Below, one piece after another: positions 48,730 to 63,479 of a stretch of DNA of 64,000 nucleotides. A program made the translations under genes and the position numbers. Under the pieces are notes generated by a model. That model did no database searches, was not told the DNA's origin, and worked only from the letters and a program-made list of their open reading frames with translations. This stretch comes from Hypanus sabinus (Eukaryota). The stretch's first letter is position 1; each line of letters opens with the position of its first letter. The DNA lies in contig NC_082710.1 in the NCBI RefSeq assembly GCF_030144855.1, positions 174,840,001 to 174,904,000 of the forward strand, read 5' to 3'.

Positions 48730-51700
48730 ACATAGAAACATAGAAAACCTACAGCACAATACAGGCCCTTCAGCCCACAAAGCTGTGCGGAACATCCGTA
48801 CCTTGGAAATTACCCGGGGTTACCCATAGGCCTCTATTTTTTCTGAGCTCCATGTACCTATCCAGGAGTCTCTTAAAAGATCCTATCATAGCTGCCTCCA
48901 CCACCGTAGCTGGCAGTACTCACCACTCTCTGTGTTTAAAAGAAACTTAACCCCTGACATCTCCTCTGTACCTACTTCCAAGCATCTTAAAACTGTGCCC
49001 TCTCATGCTAGCCATTTCAGTCTCTGACTATCAGTCTCTGATAGTCTCTGACTATCCACACAATCAATGCCTCTCATCTTATACACCTCTATCAGGTCAC
49101 CTCTCATCCTCTGTCACTCCAAGGAGAAAAGGCCAAGTTCACTCAACCTATTCTCATAAGGTGTGCTCCTCAATTCAGGTAACATCCTTGAAAATCTCCT
49201 CTGCACCCTTTCTGTGGTTTCCACATCCTTCCTGTAGTGAGGCGACCAGAACCAGCACCCCAAGAACCCTCTGATCCTCCACACTGCCAGGAGACTTACC
49301 ATTAATACTACATTCTGCCATCATATTTGACCTACCAAAATGAACCACTTCACACTTATCTGGGTTGAACTCCATCTGCCATTTTTCAGCCCAGTTTTGC
49401 ATCCTATCAATGTTCCACTGTAACCTCTGACAGCCCTCCACATTATTCACAACACCAGCAAATTTATCATCAGCAAATTTACTAACCCATCCCTCCACTT
49501 CCTCATCCAGGTCATTTTTAAAAATCACTGAGAGTTAGGGGTACCAGAACAAATCCCTGAGGCACAACACCGGTCACCAACCTCCATGCAGAATATGACC
49601 CGTCTCCAACCACTCTTTGCCTTCTGTGGGCAAGCCAGTTCTGGATCCACAAAGCAATGTCCTCTTGTATCTTATGACTCCTTACTTTCTCGATAAGCCT
49701 TGCATGGGGTACCTTGTAAAATGTCTTGCTGAAATCCATATACATTGCATCTACTGCTCTACCTTCATCAATGTGTTTAGTCACATTCTCAAAAAATTCA
49801 ATCAGGCTTAAAAGGCACGACCTGCCTTTGACAAAGCCATGCTGACTATTCCTAATCATATTGTGCTTCTCCATACATTCATAAATCCTACCTTTTGGGA
49901 TCTTTTCCATCAACTGAAGTAAGACTCACTGGTCTATAATTTCCTGGGCTATCTCTACTCCCTTTCTTGAATATGGGAACAACATCCACAACCCTCCAAT
50001 CTGCTGGAACCTCTCCCGTCCTCATTGATGATGCAAACATTATCGCCAGAGGCTCAGAAATCATCTCCCTCAGCTCCCACAATAGCCTAGGGTACATCTC
50101 GTCCAGTCCCGGTGACTCATCCAACTTGATGTTTTCCAAAAGTTCCAGCACATCCTTTTTCTTAATATCTACATGCTCAAGCATTTCAGTCTGCTGCAAG
50201 TCATCCCTATAATCACCAAGATCCTTTTCCGTGGTGAGTACTGAAGCAAAGTATTCATTAAGTACCTCTGCTATCTCCTCCAGTTCCATACACACTTTCC
50301 CACTGTTACACTTGATAAGTCCTATTCTTTCACTTCTTATCCTCTTGCTGTTCACATATTTGTAGAATGCATTGGGGGTTTTCCTTAATCCTGTCCACCA
50401 AGACATTCTCACGGTCCCTTCTGGGTCTCCTTATTTCATTCTTAAGCTCCTTCCTGCTAGCCTTATAATCTTCTAGATCTCTATCATTACCCAGTTTTTT
50501 GAACCTTTCGTAAGCTCTTCTTTCTTCTTGACTGGATTTACAACAGCCTTTGTACACCACAGTTCCTGTACCCTGCCATCCTTACTGTCTCATTGGAATG
50601 TTCCTATGCAGAACTCCACGTAAATATCCCTGAATATTTGCCACATTTGTTCCATATATTTCCCTGAGAACATCTATTCCCAATTTATGTTTCCAAGTTC
50701 CTGCCTGATAGCCTCATATTTCCCCTTACTCCAATTAAACACTTTACTAACTTGTCTGTTCCTATCCCTCTCCAATGCTATGGTAAAGAAGATAGAATCA
50801 CTCTCTCCAAAATGCTCTCCCACTGAGAGATCTGACACCTGACCAGGGTCATTTCTCAACACAGATCAAGTATAGCCTCTCCTCTTGTAGGCTTATCTAC
50901 ATATTGTGTCAAGAAACCTTCCTGAACACACCTAACAAACTCCACCCTATCTTAACCCCTCGCTCTAGGAAGATGACAATCAATATTTGGAAATCTCCGA
51001 CCATGACAACCCTGTTGTTACACCTTTCCAGAATTTGTCTCTCTATCTGCTCCTCAATGTCCCTGTTACTATAGGGTGGTCTATATATTTAAAAAAAACA
51101 GTAGTTATTGACCCCTTCCTGTTCCTAACCTCCACCCACAGAGATTCCGTAGACAATCCCTCCTTAACTTCCTACTTTTCTGCAGCCATGACACAATCTC
51201 TGATGAACACTGTCACGCCCCCACCTCTTTTGTCTCCCTCCCTATCCTTTCTGAAACATCTAAAGCCTGGCACTCGAAGTCACTATTCCTGCCCTTGAGC
51301 CATCCAAATCTCTGTAATGGCCATCACATCATAGCTCCAAGTACTGATCCACACTCTAAGCTCATCCACTTTGTTCACAATACTCCTTCTATTAAAATAG
51401 ACACATCTCAAACCTTCAGTCTGAGTGTGTCCCTTCTGTATCACCAGCCTATCCTCCCTCTCACACTGTTTCCAACCTTTCTCTATTTCTGAGCCAACCG
51501 CCTCTTCCTCTGTCTCATCGGTTCAGTTCCCACCCCTCAGCAATTCTAGTTTAAACTCTCCCAAATAGCCTTTGCAAATTTCTCTGCTAGAATATTGGTC
51601 CCCCCGGGATTCCAGAGCAACCTGTCCTTTTTTTTTACACAGGTCACTCCTGTCCCAAAAAAGGTCCCATCGATCCAGAAATCTGAATCCCTGCCCCCGC

Positions 51701-52695
51701 TCTAATCCCTCAGCCACGCATTTATGCTACACATCACTCTATCCCTATACTCACTGTCACGTGCCACAGGCTGTAATCCCGAGATCACTATCTTTGCAGT
51801 CCTGCTTCTCAACTTCCTTCCTAACGCCCTGTAGTCTGTTTACGGGACTTACTCCCTTTTCCTACATATGTCAATGGTACCAATATGTACCACGACCTCT
51901 GGCTGTTCTCCCTCCCACTGCAGGATATCGTGGACGCGATCTGAAACATCCTGGACCATGGTACTTGGGAGGCGAACTGCCATCCGTATTTTCTTTCCTG
52001 AATCCACAGAATCACCTGTCTGACCCCCTAACTATAGAGTCCTCTATCACTACTGCCTTCCTCCTCCTTTCCCTATCCTTCTGATCCACAGGGCCAGACT
52101 CTGTGCCAGAGGCACAGCCACTATTGCTTCCCCCCCCCCCCCCCCACACCAACAGTATTCAAGCAGGAGTACTTATTGTTAAGGGGTACAGCCACAGGGG
52201 TACTCTCTAGCCTCTGACTTCTGCCCTTCCCTCTCCTGACTGTTACCCACTTACCTGTCTCCCGTGGCCCCGGTGTGACTACCTGCCTATAGGTCCTCTC
52301 TATCACCTCCTCACTCTCCCTGACCAGACGAAGGTCATCGAGCTGCATCTCCAGTTCCCTAAAGCGGTCTCTAAGGAGCTGCAGCTCGATGCACCTGGCG
52401 CAGATGCGGCCAACCGGGAGGCTGAGAGTCTCCATGACTTCCCACATCTGACACCAAGCGCAGAACACTGGCCTCACACACACACACACTTCCTGTCTGT
52501 ACTCTACACAGTTAACCTACCTTGCCTCGACCCGTTAATGCCTAAGTCCCGTTGAACCAGGCCTCCCTACCCTTGTCTCCCTCTACTCTATCGCCTGCTC
52601 CTCTGGCGCCCGCTCTATAAAGCTGTCTCCTTTTAAACTCTTCTAACTGGCTGACGTCCACGTGCTTGCACAGTCGTGCCCTGAGCAAACTGCTG
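48730..52695 (-). mobile_element. Near full-length decayed CR1 LINE (ORF1 zinc finger/leucine zipper + esterase; ORF2 endonuclease + RT)
   Basis: CAWCQMWEV..ICARCIELQLLRDR; VQDVSDRVHDILQWEGEQPEVVVHIG; GNYRPVSLTSV, SQHGFVKGRSCL, SKFADD; (CATAGAAA)n tail at 48731. Confidence 0.92.
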
Positions 52696-53916
52696 AAGAA
52701 ATATTTGCCACACATACTGTACACTGAAAAATGTCATTTGCATCATTGCTGAGCAGTGTACTGGGGCCAGCCAGCAAGTGTTGCCGCGCTTTTGGCCGCA
52801 AAAAAGCATGTCCGCGACTTACTTATCCTAATATGTACGTCTTTGGAATGTGAGAGGAAACTGGAGTATCTAGAGGAAACCCACACAATCATTGGGAGAA
52901 CATCCAATCTCCTCACAGGAATCAAGTGCTGATCAGTGATCCCTCGCACTGTAAAGTGACTGCACTAACCACAGTGCTACCATATTCCCAAGTTAAGAGG
53001 CTTGGCCACCTGTAGTAAAGTTTTCCAAACGTGTTACATGACACACCGCAGTCTGTTTGCTGGAAAAAGGGTTGAATTAAGAAAAACAGATTCTAGACAC
53101 TTTACTAGAAGAGGGATGAGTTCATAGAACCTGAGATCCATGCTCAAAGGGAGAAAAATATTAGAAGGTACAGGACTGTTGCAGTGGCATGAATTTGCAA
53201 GCATCACTGGCACAAAGCATCTTCCTGATCTCGTCCATGCCACTCTTGAGTCTGGCTCAAAAGGTCATGGAAATGTGAGTCAAGTACTGCGAGGCAGTGC
53301 CACGTTGCCAAGGGTGCCGATCTTCAAATCAGGCATTAAGTTAAGGCTTTTCATCTGTAGATATTTGGCAAAATTGGAGGATGAGCTCCTAGAATCCAGA
53401 CCTCCATGCTTCCCTCACCCAGTGCAATGAGACGTCAAGATTTAGAACATAGAACAGTACAGGCCTTTCGGCCCACGATGTTGCATTAAGCTTTTTACCT
53501 GCTCCAAGATCAATCTAGCCCTTCCATCCCCAGATAGCCCGATACTTTTCTATTATCATTGTGGCTATCTAAGAGTTTCATAAATACCCCTATTCTGTCT
53601 GTCCCTACCACCACTGCTGGCAGCAGGTTCCATGCATTTGCCTCTGCTTTAATAAAAACTACCTATCATCTCCACTATACTTCCTTCCAAACACTTTAAA
53701 ATTACATCCCCTCGTTTTGAGATTATTAGTCACACAAAACCAAAATAGGCCCTTCAGCCCTCCTCATCCACACTGACAATCAAGCCTCCCATCAACTGAT
53801 GTATACAAACTGGCCATCATAGATTTCAGAAAGTAGAGTTTTGGGACATTCTAAAGGCAGAAGGTGGTCTATAAATGGGCTTCTAGGACTAAAATATTGA
53901 ACCTCTCCCCTTTGGC

Positions 53917-54215
53917 ACCATAGCGTAGTGGTTGGCGCAGTGCTTTATAGAACCAGCACCCAATCTGAAGATCAGGGTTCAATTCCCACCACTGTCTGTG
54001 AGGAGTTTGTACCCTCACACCGTAACTACATCAGTTTCCTCCAGATGCTTCGGTTTCCTCCCACGTTCTAAAGGTTGGGATTAGTAGGTTGTGGGCTTGC
54101 CAGAAGCATAGTACCACTTGTGGGCTACCCCAGCACACTGTGTTGGTCATTGACACAGATGATGCATTTCACTGGATGTTTCAATGGATATCCATCAAAG
54201 AAAGCTAATCTTTAA
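53917..54215 (+). mobile_element. tRNA-derived SINE
   Basis: TAGCGTAGTGG A box, GGTTCAATTCC B box, AAAGCTAATC tail. Confidence 0.72.
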
Positions 54216-54584
54216 CCTGTTTTACCATAGGATGGTAGAAAATGATTGCGCAGAAGGAAACTGTTTGGCATTCTGAGGAAGTGTTGTGCACCACTTCAGT
54301 TAGGAATTGTCAGTAGTAAAATTCAAACATCTTTGTTTTTTGACTCCCTTGGATCTTTTTGTCAATAAGTTTCAAATCTCTGACCTCTGGTTACTGGCCA
54401 GCCCAAAGACTTTTATTGCATTGAAATCCACCTCCGTTCCAAAGAAAACACTATAACTTTTCCAATATCCTGTCCTAACCAAAATCCCTGTCCCTGGCAG
54501 AGCTCTAGTGATTATGCGACAGATACTTTTTGCAAAATATTTCACTGCCAGTAAATAGTTCCAACTTCTTATTTTCAAATGTAG

Positions 54585-54700
54585 AACAAAGGTTTTGGTG
54601 CCTCCCTTGGAACACGTGGTCATGAAGGTGAAGCCTGAGAACTACCTAGGTCCTCTGCAGTACTGGACTTGGAAAAACATGTTCAAGATCTTAGATCCAG
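54585..54700 (+). CDS. TRIM exon 6 (linker, 116 nt)
   Basis: gtag|..TKVLVPPLEHVVMKVKPENYLGPLQYWTWKNMFKILDP|gtgagt; GPLQYxxWK motif of TRIM69/TRIM62/A33/nuclear factor 7-like proteins. Confidence 0.9.
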
Positions 54701-56290
54701 GTGAGTCACTCAGGTAGAAATTTGTCTTTTAAAAATAAAAGTCAAGGGTGTAGATGCACAAGGAGAAGATCATATTATCTTCCTCTTCATCACCAGTACC
54801 CCATTTTGAGGAGAATATTAACTTTGGTTCACTGGTTGCTGAGAGATTTTCGTAATCTGGACAACACCCATGGATCCATTTGCAGAAATGGTGGATGCTT
54901 TCACACAGAGGAGCTACCCATTTGGTCTAAGAACCAAGCTTTTGTTCGCTGTCCTACCTGCTCTGTCATATGTGCCCGTCTCTGTCTCTCGGCTATTTGC
55001 CAGTGCCTTCCATTTTTCCACTCCCCCACCCTCACCAAAACTTGGAGATTGTTGTGTCCGGCTTATTTTATGCCCAGAATCGATCCCATAAATATGAGAT
55101 TCTGCAGATGCTGGAAATCCAGAGTGCAGATTCACGCACATGCCTGAAGGAACTCAGCAGGTCAGGCTGCATCTATGAAGAGGAATAAAGAGTTTCATTC
55201 CCGATCCTAGACTCTCCTCCTGGTGGAGGCATTCTCACCACAGCCTTTCAGTATCAGGTAGGTGTCAGTGAGATACCTCTTGTGTAGGTGCAGAGTGGAA
55301 TTTAGGATGAGTTGATGGAAATGAGGGTGAATGGCTGAACATTCGAAGAGGAACAATACCGGTTCATTGCTTGACATAGGCTCCCATAGGAACCCTGAGG
55401 AATTGTTACTTTTCGTGTAGTTTACATTGATATTTCCATCCTCTTTTTCAATTCCCTACTCTGGCTCCCCTCTTACCTCTTCTCCTCATCTGCCATTAGT
55501 GCCTCTCCTTTGTTTTTTCCCATGGTCTGCCCTCCTCTCCTATCAGATTCGTGTACTTTTCGTGTATGTTTGTTTTTTTAATATCATCTTCAACATGCAT
55601 GTAATTGTCTAGTGAATTATCCAGCAATTACAGTACAGTTGCTACACACTAAATGCTGGAGGAAGTCAGGAGAAGAAGAAAGAGTCAACATTTCAGTCTG
55701 AGGAAGAAGCCAGAATAAGAAGGTGAGGGGACAGGAAGGAGTACGAGCAGGCAGGTCTTGGGTGTAACCAGATGTGAGGGAAAGTAGATGGGTGGAGAGG
55801 GGGAAGGACATGAGCATCTGGGAGGTGATTGAAGAGCTAATGGACTGAAGAAGACAGAATCTGATAGGAGAGGAGGGCAGACCATGGGAGGAAACAAAGG
55901 AGAGGCACTAATGGCAGATGAGAAGAAGAGGTAAGAGGGGAGCCAGAGTAGGGAATTGAAAAAGAGGATGGAAAAATCAATGTTTATACTGTCAGCTTTG
56001 AGGCTACCCAGACAGAATATGCAATGAGGCCTGAGACTGGCCTTATCATGGCAGTAGAGAAGGCCATGGAACGACATGTCAGAATGACATCTTTGCTCTG
56101 CCTGTCTCAAAAAGGTGGCCACCCATTTTAATTCTAGTTCCCATTCCAATTCTGACACTCGCAAGTTGCCTTCTATACCACATGGACACTTAAGTGACAA
56201 GCAACTGAAGTCTTCTGGAAAGTGGTCACCAGGTCGGCTTTTGCTAATCAAGTTTACTTCTTGATATGTTGCATTCATTCATCTCTGCAG

Positions 56291-56829
56291 GTCTGTCTAA
56301 TCTGACTTTTGATCCTGACACTGCCAGCTCCCACCTCTCCCTCTGTGGACCAACGAGAGTGAGGTACAACGAGAAGCCCAAGTTGGTTCCTGACATCCCG
56401 GAAAGATTCAGCGTTGCCGCCTTCATCCTGGCCACCGATGGGTTCACTTCGGGAAGGCACTACTGGCAAGTGGACGTGGGAGATGGGAAGGATTGGAGTC
56501 TGGGTGTGGCAAGAGAGTCTGTCAACCGGAAGGGTGATGTCCGGCAGTCTCCTAAGTATGGATACTGGACAGTGTACAGGGACAAGGACAATTTTGGTGC
56601 TTTCTTAGTCCACCCTAAAGTGATCGAGATGAAGGACATTCCTACACGGATTGGGGTTTACCTAGACTATGAAGGTGGAAGGGTTTCCTTCTATGATGCG
56701 GATATTTTTTCTCATCTCTTCACTTTTCATGCCACCTTCACTGAGAAGGTCTACCCGTTTTTTTACCCGGGCTTGCACGTGACCAAGAGCAACTGGGGGA
56801 TGCTAAGATTGCACCACCTCTACTTGTGA
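56291..56829 (+). CDS. TRIM exon 7 (PRY/SPRY, B30.2); spliced CDS 1425 nt = 474 aa TRIM69/A33/NF7-like E3 ligase
   Basis: LTFDPDTA, GFTSGRHYWQVDVG, WSLGVARES, RIGVYLDYEGGRVSFY, FTEKVYPFF. Exon lengths 113+304+96+234+23+116+539 sum in frame to the stop codon. Confidence 0.95.
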
Positions 56830-57127
56830 GTGAGCTGCAAATTCCTCAGGGCGACAAGTTCAACCTTCAGCTTCTGTAATGCATACTTGTTTTTGTTTTT
56901 TTATCTCCTCTGACCCTATGCTGCATGTTGTAGTTCCCCCCCCCACCCCGTCACCGCTCCCCTCACCCCTCACAGAATCTCCTATAGCTACCAATTCCAA
57001 TGGAGTTCTACAAGTTGACCAGTCAAGTGGGCCAGTCAGGCACTTTGCCTGTGGTTCTGTAGTATGTCACATAATTAGGGAGTATTGGTTTATAGAAGCT
57101 CTAACAAAAGTAGCATAAAGTAGCATA

Positions 57128-57410
57128 CAGTAGCATAATGGTTAGTAAAACGCTATTATACTGCCAGCAGACAGGGTTCAATTCCCACCACTGTCTTAAG
57201 GGGTTTGTATGTTCTCTCTGTGACCACGCTGGTTTCCTTCCATATTCCAAAGATGTACAGATTAAGGTTAATGAGATGTGGGCATGCTATGTTGACTCTG
57301 GAAGTATGGCAAGCCTTGCAGGCTCTCCGCAACACAATCCTGTTGGTCATTGATGCAAAACAACAAATTTCACTGCATGTTTCAATGTACATGTGACAAA
57401 GTTAATCCTT
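57128..57410 (+). mobile_element. tRNA-derived SINE in the probable TRIM 3' UTR
   Basis: TAGCATAATGG and GGTTCAATTCC boxes; similar to the 53917 copy. Confidence 0.68.
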
Positions 57411-60400
57411 ACCTCTAACTGTTTTTAAATCTCTAATAATATTGGGTCAGTTTACCTGCATTACCTTAAACATGTTCTTCCTAGCTGCATATAGGTTTGG
57501 AGTTAACACCATTGATCTTTTTAAAATCTACCTTGCATCTTTCCTTAAATCTCTTATTAGTTTCCCTATTAGATATTAACAAGTGGGTGGACAGGGAAGA
57601 ATTTGGTTACAATGGTGATTAATTACTGTGGAGTATTCTGAAGTGGACACGAAATGAGGTAATGCAAAGCAAATCTCCATGCAGTCTGGGTATGTTGAAC
57701 TTGGGCATTGCATATAATCGAATAACTTTGCTGTTGACACATTTGAGTTTGGTTCCAAACTAAAATCTTGAAATAAAATCAGAAACGCCTCTGTAGGAGG
57801 TGGGAGAGAAACACAAGAGTTATCTTTTGAGGTTGACTGTTTTTAGAACAGTACAGGCCCTTCAGCCCATGACTTTCCTAACACAATGTCAATTGTTTTT
57901 CTTTAAAAAACTACCAATAGATTTCTCTGATATAAAAAAAAAACCCTCAAATTATAGCCAGTTTCCACTGCTTTAGGAGACTGTATTATTGCATAGTGTG
58001 TTAGTGCTATGACATGGCAGCACTGTTGTTCTTAGACACAAAAAATTATGCAGATGCTGGAAATCCAAAGCAACACACACAAAATGCTGGAGGAATACAG
58101 CAGGTCAGATAGCGTCTGTGGAAATGAGTAACAGTTGACCCTTCTTCAGGACTGGAAAGGAAGGGGGAAGACACCAGAATAAAAAGGTGGGGGGGGGGAG
58201 AGGAGGATATAGCTTAATCTCATGTTGTAACCATATTGCATCCTGCTTCATTTTAACTTGAAGTTGCCATTCAGTGAAACAGCTGCCATTGCTCACCCCA
58301 TTATTAGCTTCACCCCTATCCATTACTGACCCCAAGCATCAGAATCAGATTTACATGTTTTCTGAAATGTGTTGTTTTGTGACAGCAGTACAGGGCAATA
58401 CATAAACTTTACTATACATTACAATACCAAATATACATATAAAAATGAATAAGCAGCGCAAGAAGAAAGCAAAAACTAGTGAGGTGATGTCCATGGGTTC
58501 AATGACCATTTAGAAATCTGATAGCTGCTCCTGAAACTGAGTGTCTCTCTTCAGGCTCCTGACCCACCCCCTTACGGTAGCAATGAGATGAGGGAATCTC
58601 CTGAGTGGTGGTGGTGGGGGAGGTTCCTCAATAATGGATGCTGCCTTTTTTTTAAAGCAATGCCTTTCGAAGATGTCCTTGGACAGAGAGGTTACTGCCC
58701 ATGATGGAGCTGGCTGAGTTTACAACCCTCTGCAACTTTTTTTTTAATGATCCCATGCAATGGCCCCTCTATACCAGACAACGATGCAACCAGTCAAATG
58801 GATGCATCTATGGAAATTTACTGAGAGTCTTTGGTGAGATGTCAGATCTCAAACTCCTGATGAAATATAGCCTCTGTCATGCCGCCTTCGTAATTGCATC
58901 AATATGGTGGGCTCTGTAGAAATCTCAGAAGCTGACACTAGGAACTTCAAACTGTTTATCCTTTCCACTGTTCACCCTTCAAAGAGAAATTAAAAGTATT
59001 TAAGAACACAGTTCAGCAATACTATTTGCTTATTGCTGGTATCCTGTACACCAAAAGACTTGATCCACTACCTATACTAAATAATGTTTATAAGCCACAT
59101 TGTTAGTACATATTCAAAGTTCAGAGTAAAATTTATTATCAGGGTACAAACATGTCAGCACATACAACCCTGAGATTTTTTCACCTGCGGGCACGCTCAG
59201 CAAGTCTATAGAACGGTAACTATAAATGGGATCAATGAAAGAGTATAGAAGACAAGCTCTTGAAATGCAATATAAATAAATAGCAATAAATAACAAGAGC
59301 ACAAAATAACAAGATAAAGAGTCTTTAAAGTAAGATCATTAGTTGTGGGAATATGTTAACAATGTTAACTGTTCTATGGTGTGCGCAAGATATGACTGCC
59401 CTGTAAACACATGGCTATATTAAGTGGTGGTGATCTGTTTTTCATCTGATTACTCTTGGCTCACCTACTATGAGAAATATTTCACTGTGAGATCTTGAAG
59501 TTTAATCTGTTGAAAAGGTTATACAAGGAGGGGCAACCTTGTTGAAGCTCAGGCAGATTGGCCAGTTTATCCTTCATTCTGATTTTATGTGAACAAGTTA
59601 GTGAAATTGCCTCGAATAGTGGATGGATCAGGAACTAATAATTTCTGGAGTTTGGTAGTTTAATTGAATCGTTGGCAGTATAGATCCTGCACCACCTCAT
59701 TGCCAGTCCAGATGATTTATGTGAAAGAAAGCTTGTGTTTCTTTAGCTTTCATGATCTTGGGTGTCTCTTCAGTGCTTGTAAGCCAATGATATGTTTACA
59801 GTGTTTTATTCATCCTTTTTTTTAGATTCGGATATTGTTGTCATTGCGATCCATTGAAGGTTGTCACTACCTTCTATTGATTATTGCCTATTTGTGCACA
59901 GCATTCTCCTACATGTACAGCAGTGTGCTAATCGGCAATAATTTATTACAAGTAATGCTGATAGTGATAAATATTGACCAGGGCACTGGCAATAACATCT
60001 ATGCCATCTGTTGCATTTACTAGAGAAGGCAGATGGGATTTCTGTGTAACATCTCATTGGAAAGATACCAGTCTGGTTCCTCGGCTCCCTTTTGCATGTG
60101 TGCACTCTTTGACAATACGGCACGAAGCTGTTCTGTCTATCATGCAGTTCTTCCTTTCTCTCTGATACTTTTTGCATTTTCTCTCAATTATCTTAATGAT
60201 CTGTCTTTCATTTACTTCATCAAAATCACACTAAACTTTACTCTATTCACTCTATTTACTGCTCTACCTCCTCAAAAATCAGAACACCTACTGAACAATA
60301 TGCAAAAAAAAAGTGATAAAAATTCAAGCAGTAAGTTCCACCGTTGTGTGGTAGTGTTTAAACAATCTAACCATGTGCATACCATGGAGCTGCGCATTGA

Positions 60401-63400
60401 AACTGCCAATTGCAATAATCAAAACTAAATTGGATTTAATTGTGGTTTTAAGATAGGAGAATAGAGACAATCACCCATGTGTTAGTAATTATTTGTTAGA
60501 ATGGCACAGGAATTAGTAGCTGAACTGATTTAAATCTGCATTAATTCATTTGATTGACATTCCCATTTGAAGTCTGGACGCTGCTCAGGGCCAATGTCAT
60601 GGCAATAGTACAAAAATTTGTAATGCAGTCAATCAATCAGCTGAAAATATTATGTGAGAAACATATTTAATGTGCACTAAATTGCTATTAAAAAAAACAG
60701 CTAGCTTTTTAATTTTTGGGAACATAAATCAATCTGTTTTATTACAATGTTGTAGAAATATTACTTTTGCAATAAAGCCATGATTATAAATGACTTTGTT
60801 CTGATATTAAAATAGCTCCATCATGTCTGTATTTCTTGACAGGGTTGTTTAGAATATCACAAATCTTGTGGTTGGATGGTTTTGTATTTTGAAGCACCAT
60901 GCTTTGCTGTATTTAGAGAGTCATGGAGCAACACCAACAAGATTCTGTACCTCAAGCTGCTGACAGTCATGCATAGAAACAGGCTCTTTGGCCTATCAAG
61001 CCTGCGCCATGAACCACCCATCTGTACTGATCCTACATTAATCGATAAAAGACAATAGAGTCTTTTAAGAGGCTTTCAGATAGGTACATGGAGCTTAGTA
61101 AAATAGAGGGCTATAGGTAAGACTAGTAATTTCTAAGGTAGGGATGTGGTCGGCACAACTTTGTGGGCCGAAGGGCCTGTATTGTGCTGTAGGTTTTCTA
61201 TGTTTCTAATCATATTTTTCACCCACATTTCCATTAACTCCCTCCACCCCATGATCTACCCCTTACTTGCATGCTAGGACCAATTTACAGTTGCAATTAG
61301 CTTACTAATCCCCATTTTTAATTTAATGAAGGTGGAAAATGGAGCATCTATGGGAAACCTGCATGGTCACAGGGTGAACTTGCAAACTCCACACAGACAG
61401 TCCTCAAGGTCGGGATCTTTGGCACTATGTGGTTGCATCTCTAATAGCTGCACCATGGTGCTGCCCATCCAGAGTTTAATGATGACCTCTGCATTATAAG
61501 AGTTAATTTTAAGTGGAGAGAGAGTCTAACTTGAACCTCTAATTGAACTTCACCACAGATTGGTCCTATTAAAAATCATCCCACCAAGCAAAACCAAGTC
61601 TGACCCTATTCCACAAACATCTATTTCCTTAATGCCCCTACTGGAACCAGATAATGGCAGCAAACCCAGATGACTTGATTATTTTGCTACTCTGCCTTCA
61701 AGATCTAAAACTGATGGTTGCACCTAAATGGTGGGAATGGCTTACCATAGTTATTCAGTGATCAAACCTCCCACCAGGGCAGTGGGAAGTAGCAGTGAAG
61801 TAATTGACTGAAAAACCTGACGCTAGTTTATATGGTTGCTTAGACAATGTACAGCATCATTATTGATCAGGAAAAGCCATTTGCCCATTTGAGTCTATGC
61901 CATATCCTGGTGCATTAATTGTTCCACTCTTACACTGCACTCATAGTTTATTCTCATCTATCAAATTTCCTTTGAAAGACCTGATTAATTAAGCTTCTGC
62001 TATGGTGCTATGGGTATTGAGTTTTAGATCAGCATCACTCTGCACAAGATAGTTGTCCCTCTCATCCCCCTTGTATTTTGTCACATTCTATGCTCTGTAA
62101 TATGCAGTACTTGAACCACAGTCCTTGGAAACAGGTCCTTCGGCTCAACATACCCATGCTACCTGTTTGACCCAGCAAGCTGTCCATCCTGCCTCCATTT
62201 GGCCATTAGCTCTCTCAACCACTCCTATCCATGTACTTAACAAGGTCACTTATATGTTGCAAATGTGGCCATGTCACCGCTATTTCCAGCAGCTCATTCC
62301 AAATGTGCTCCACCTTTAACATGAGGAAACTGCCTCTGTTATGTTTTAATTTTTTTCCCTCTGATCATAGGCCTATGGCCTCTTGTTTTTAGCACCCTGT
62401 CCCTGGGGGAAAAAGACTATGCTTTCACTCTGTCTATACCCCTCAAGATCTTGTATACATCTACCAGATCGACTCTCAATCTCCTACTTTACAGGGAATT
62501 AACTGCTATTGAGAACAAATTCCCTCTATTTACCGCATCTAAACCCCATCATGGCCCTGTTTATCTCTCAGATAAGCCAGGAGAATAACCCAGGTTTTCT
62601 AGTCAAATCTTGAAATCGAAATCCTTCATCTCAAATTGAGCAATGAAAAATTTGCAGAACCATCACAGAGACATTTCATTACAGAGAAAGCATTCACAAG
62701 AAAAACATAAATTAGCCATAAATTATATAACATTATTCAAGAGAACACAATTGGACAGAAAAATACAAAGTCCATTTTAGTGTAAAGTTTTGCTTTTCTG
62801 AGGTAGTGGATAGGGTATGTTGGTTGGTTCAAGAAATCGATAGGAGTTTGAGTAGATTTGCTACATCATCAAAGACCCTCGCAAATTTCTACAGTTGTAC
62901 TGTGGAGAGGATTCTAGCTGGCTGCATCACCATCTGGTATGGTGGGGGGGAGGCAGTGCACAGGGCAGAAATAAGCTGCAGATTTGATTCTGGACTTCAG
63001 GAAGGGTAAGAAAGGCCTTCTGAAAATCGAAGTACACAACATCAGAATCAGGTTTATTATTACCGACGTGATGTGAAATTTGTTAACTTAGCAACAGCAG
63101 TTCAGTGCAATACATAATCTAGAAGAAAAAGAAAGGGAAAAATGAAATAAGAATAAATAAATAAATTTACAGTATACATATATTGAATAGATTAAAATGG
63201 TGCAAAAACAGAAATAAGTGTATATTTAAAAAGTGAAGCAGTCTTCGCAGGTTCAATATCCATTTAGAAATCAGATGTCAGAGGGGAAGAAGCTGTTCCT
63301 GAATCGCTGAGTGTGTGCCTTAAGGTTTCTGTACCTCCTATCTGATTGGTAACAGTGAGAAAAGGACATGTCATGGCTGCTGGAGGTCCTTAATAATGGA

Positions 63401-63479
63401 TGCTGCCTTTCTGAGACACCGCTTCCTAAAGATGTCCTGGGTACTTTGTAGGCTAGTACCCAAGATGGAGCCAACTAAA

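Noticed and set aside
59835-60428. Cys-rich short ORFs downstream of the TRIM gene
   Set aside because: No recognisable domain spacing, stops in neighbouring frames, and an AT-rich context; likely chance ORFs.
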